A stretch of DNA of 38,141 nucleotides from Octopus sinensis (Eukaryota). Where the stretch lies: the NCBI RefSeq assembly GCF_006345805.1, contig NW_021835825.1, positions 1 to 38,141 of the forward strand, written 5' to 3'. Within the stretch, counting starts at the first letter, position 1; each line of letters opens with the position of its first letter. The translations under genes were made by a program, and so were the position numbers. The notes beneath the pieces are model-generated. The model did not search any database. It worked only from the letters and a program-made list of their open reading frames with translations, and had not been told where the DNA came from. This document shows positions 36,990-38,141 of this stretch, piece after piece.

Positions 36990-38141
36990 CCTTAATCCCT
37001 AAATCCTTAAAAAAGTTTCAGCCCGTAGGACGCGGCCATGCTGGGGCACCACCGCCGAATGAGCTACACTAATATGTGAATCCACCTCTGATACGTGGCA
37101 CTTGGTCAACAAGGGAGTTCGATGCCGCTGCTCGCATCTGTGTCTCCTGTCGTGAGGTTGGTTCATCTGGGACCCCCGACAAGAAGAGATCCAGTATAGT
37201 TTTAAAGAAACCCACATCCACACCATGCAAGTCTCTCAGGCATTTAGTGGGGATGTTAAAGAGCTGCGGTCCTCTGAAACCCAAGCTGTTGCAGTATCTG
37301 GTCCTAATTTTGATGGTGATGTTCGAATCTTTGGCACCATGCAGTGCGCCCCGTTCTGGCGGTTGAGGTAACCTTTGAATGCCAAAGTTTAGGACAAGAC
37401 CCTCCAGGATTTTCCAGATGTACATCACCGCATATCTCTCCATATCCTCTCCCGCTTCGCTCTAGGGAAAGAGGTTTAATACTTTCAGTCTTTCCCAGTA
37501 GCTGATATGTTGCATTGAGACGATCTTCTTGTGTAGCTTCTTTGAATTGCTTCGAGTCTGCTGTTAGTTTTATATTGTGTAGTGACCATAGTTTGGAGCA
37601 GTAGTCCAAGCGGCTGAGGACGAAAGTTTTCCAGAGGACCATCAGTGTCTCCTTCTGTCTTGTTATGAATGTTCGGAGAATCCATCCAGCTAGCCGTCTC
37701 CATTTTATCACCAGATTAGTAATATGCACTTGGAAAGATGCATCATTGCTCATGTCAATGCGCAGGTCAAGCACTGATTTTGACTCAGGGATTGCAATTC
37801 TTCCCGGGCCAGTGTATCCAGTCTGCACGTCGTTTACCTTTGTGTGCCGGTAGCGCAGGGCCTGGAACTTGCCTGCATTATTCTGCATGTTGTTGTCCTC
37901 AGCCCACCTGTATATTTTATCCAACTCCTGTTGCAGATGTGCAGGGTTTTGTATTGTGTGAGAGACTTTTGTGCCATCTGCATAGCTAGCCATCTTAGCC
38001 ACTGAGGGCATGTCTGAAAGGGCCACTATGAACAGCAGTGGCCCCAAGACAGTGCCCTGTTGAACACCGCTTGTTATTTGTAGCTCCATTGGTCACAACT
38101 GCCTTCCTTCTATCTTTTAGGAAGTTGTGCAGCCACTCTCC
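36990..38141 (-). mobile_element. CR1-clade LINE, 3' part of ORF2 (RT and C-terminus) plus 3' tail; runs off the window
   Basis: SGVQQGTVLGPLLF, SYADGTK, FVLSRLDYCSKLW, ERYAVMYIWKIL, VPDEP...SNSL; tail GGTGCCCCAGCATGGCCGC...CTGAAAC and a short TTAAGG repeat end. Confidence 0.92.

Overview
Eukaryotic, AT-rich, repeat-saturated non-genic or intronic DNA. The SINE families and microsatellite content resemble an octopus (coleoid cephalopod) genome; this is recognition from memory, not a search. No intact protein-coding gene is supported, and most listed ORFs are microsatellite read-throughs. The window is a mosaic of microsatellites, at least four tRNA-derived SINE families, decayed LINEs (R4/Dong-like, two L1/Tx1-like ORF2 pieces, a gag-like CCHC ORF1, RTE, two CR1-like), a near-complete hAT transposon, a mariner remnant and two non-autonomous Helitrons. 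The most notable signal is a set of six type I hammerhead ribozyme-like motifs in four unrelated sequence families. One (36207-36271) is fully intact by eye. Two families are arranged as inverted dimers, one of them a tRNA-headed, hammerhead-tailed SINE. Further fold-back palindromes and a probable Penelope-like ORF fragment suggest, as inference, an ecosystem of ribozyme-carrying non-autonomous retroelements dependent on Penelope-like elements. All alignments and folds were done by eye, and boundaries are approximate to about 10-20 bp unless stated.
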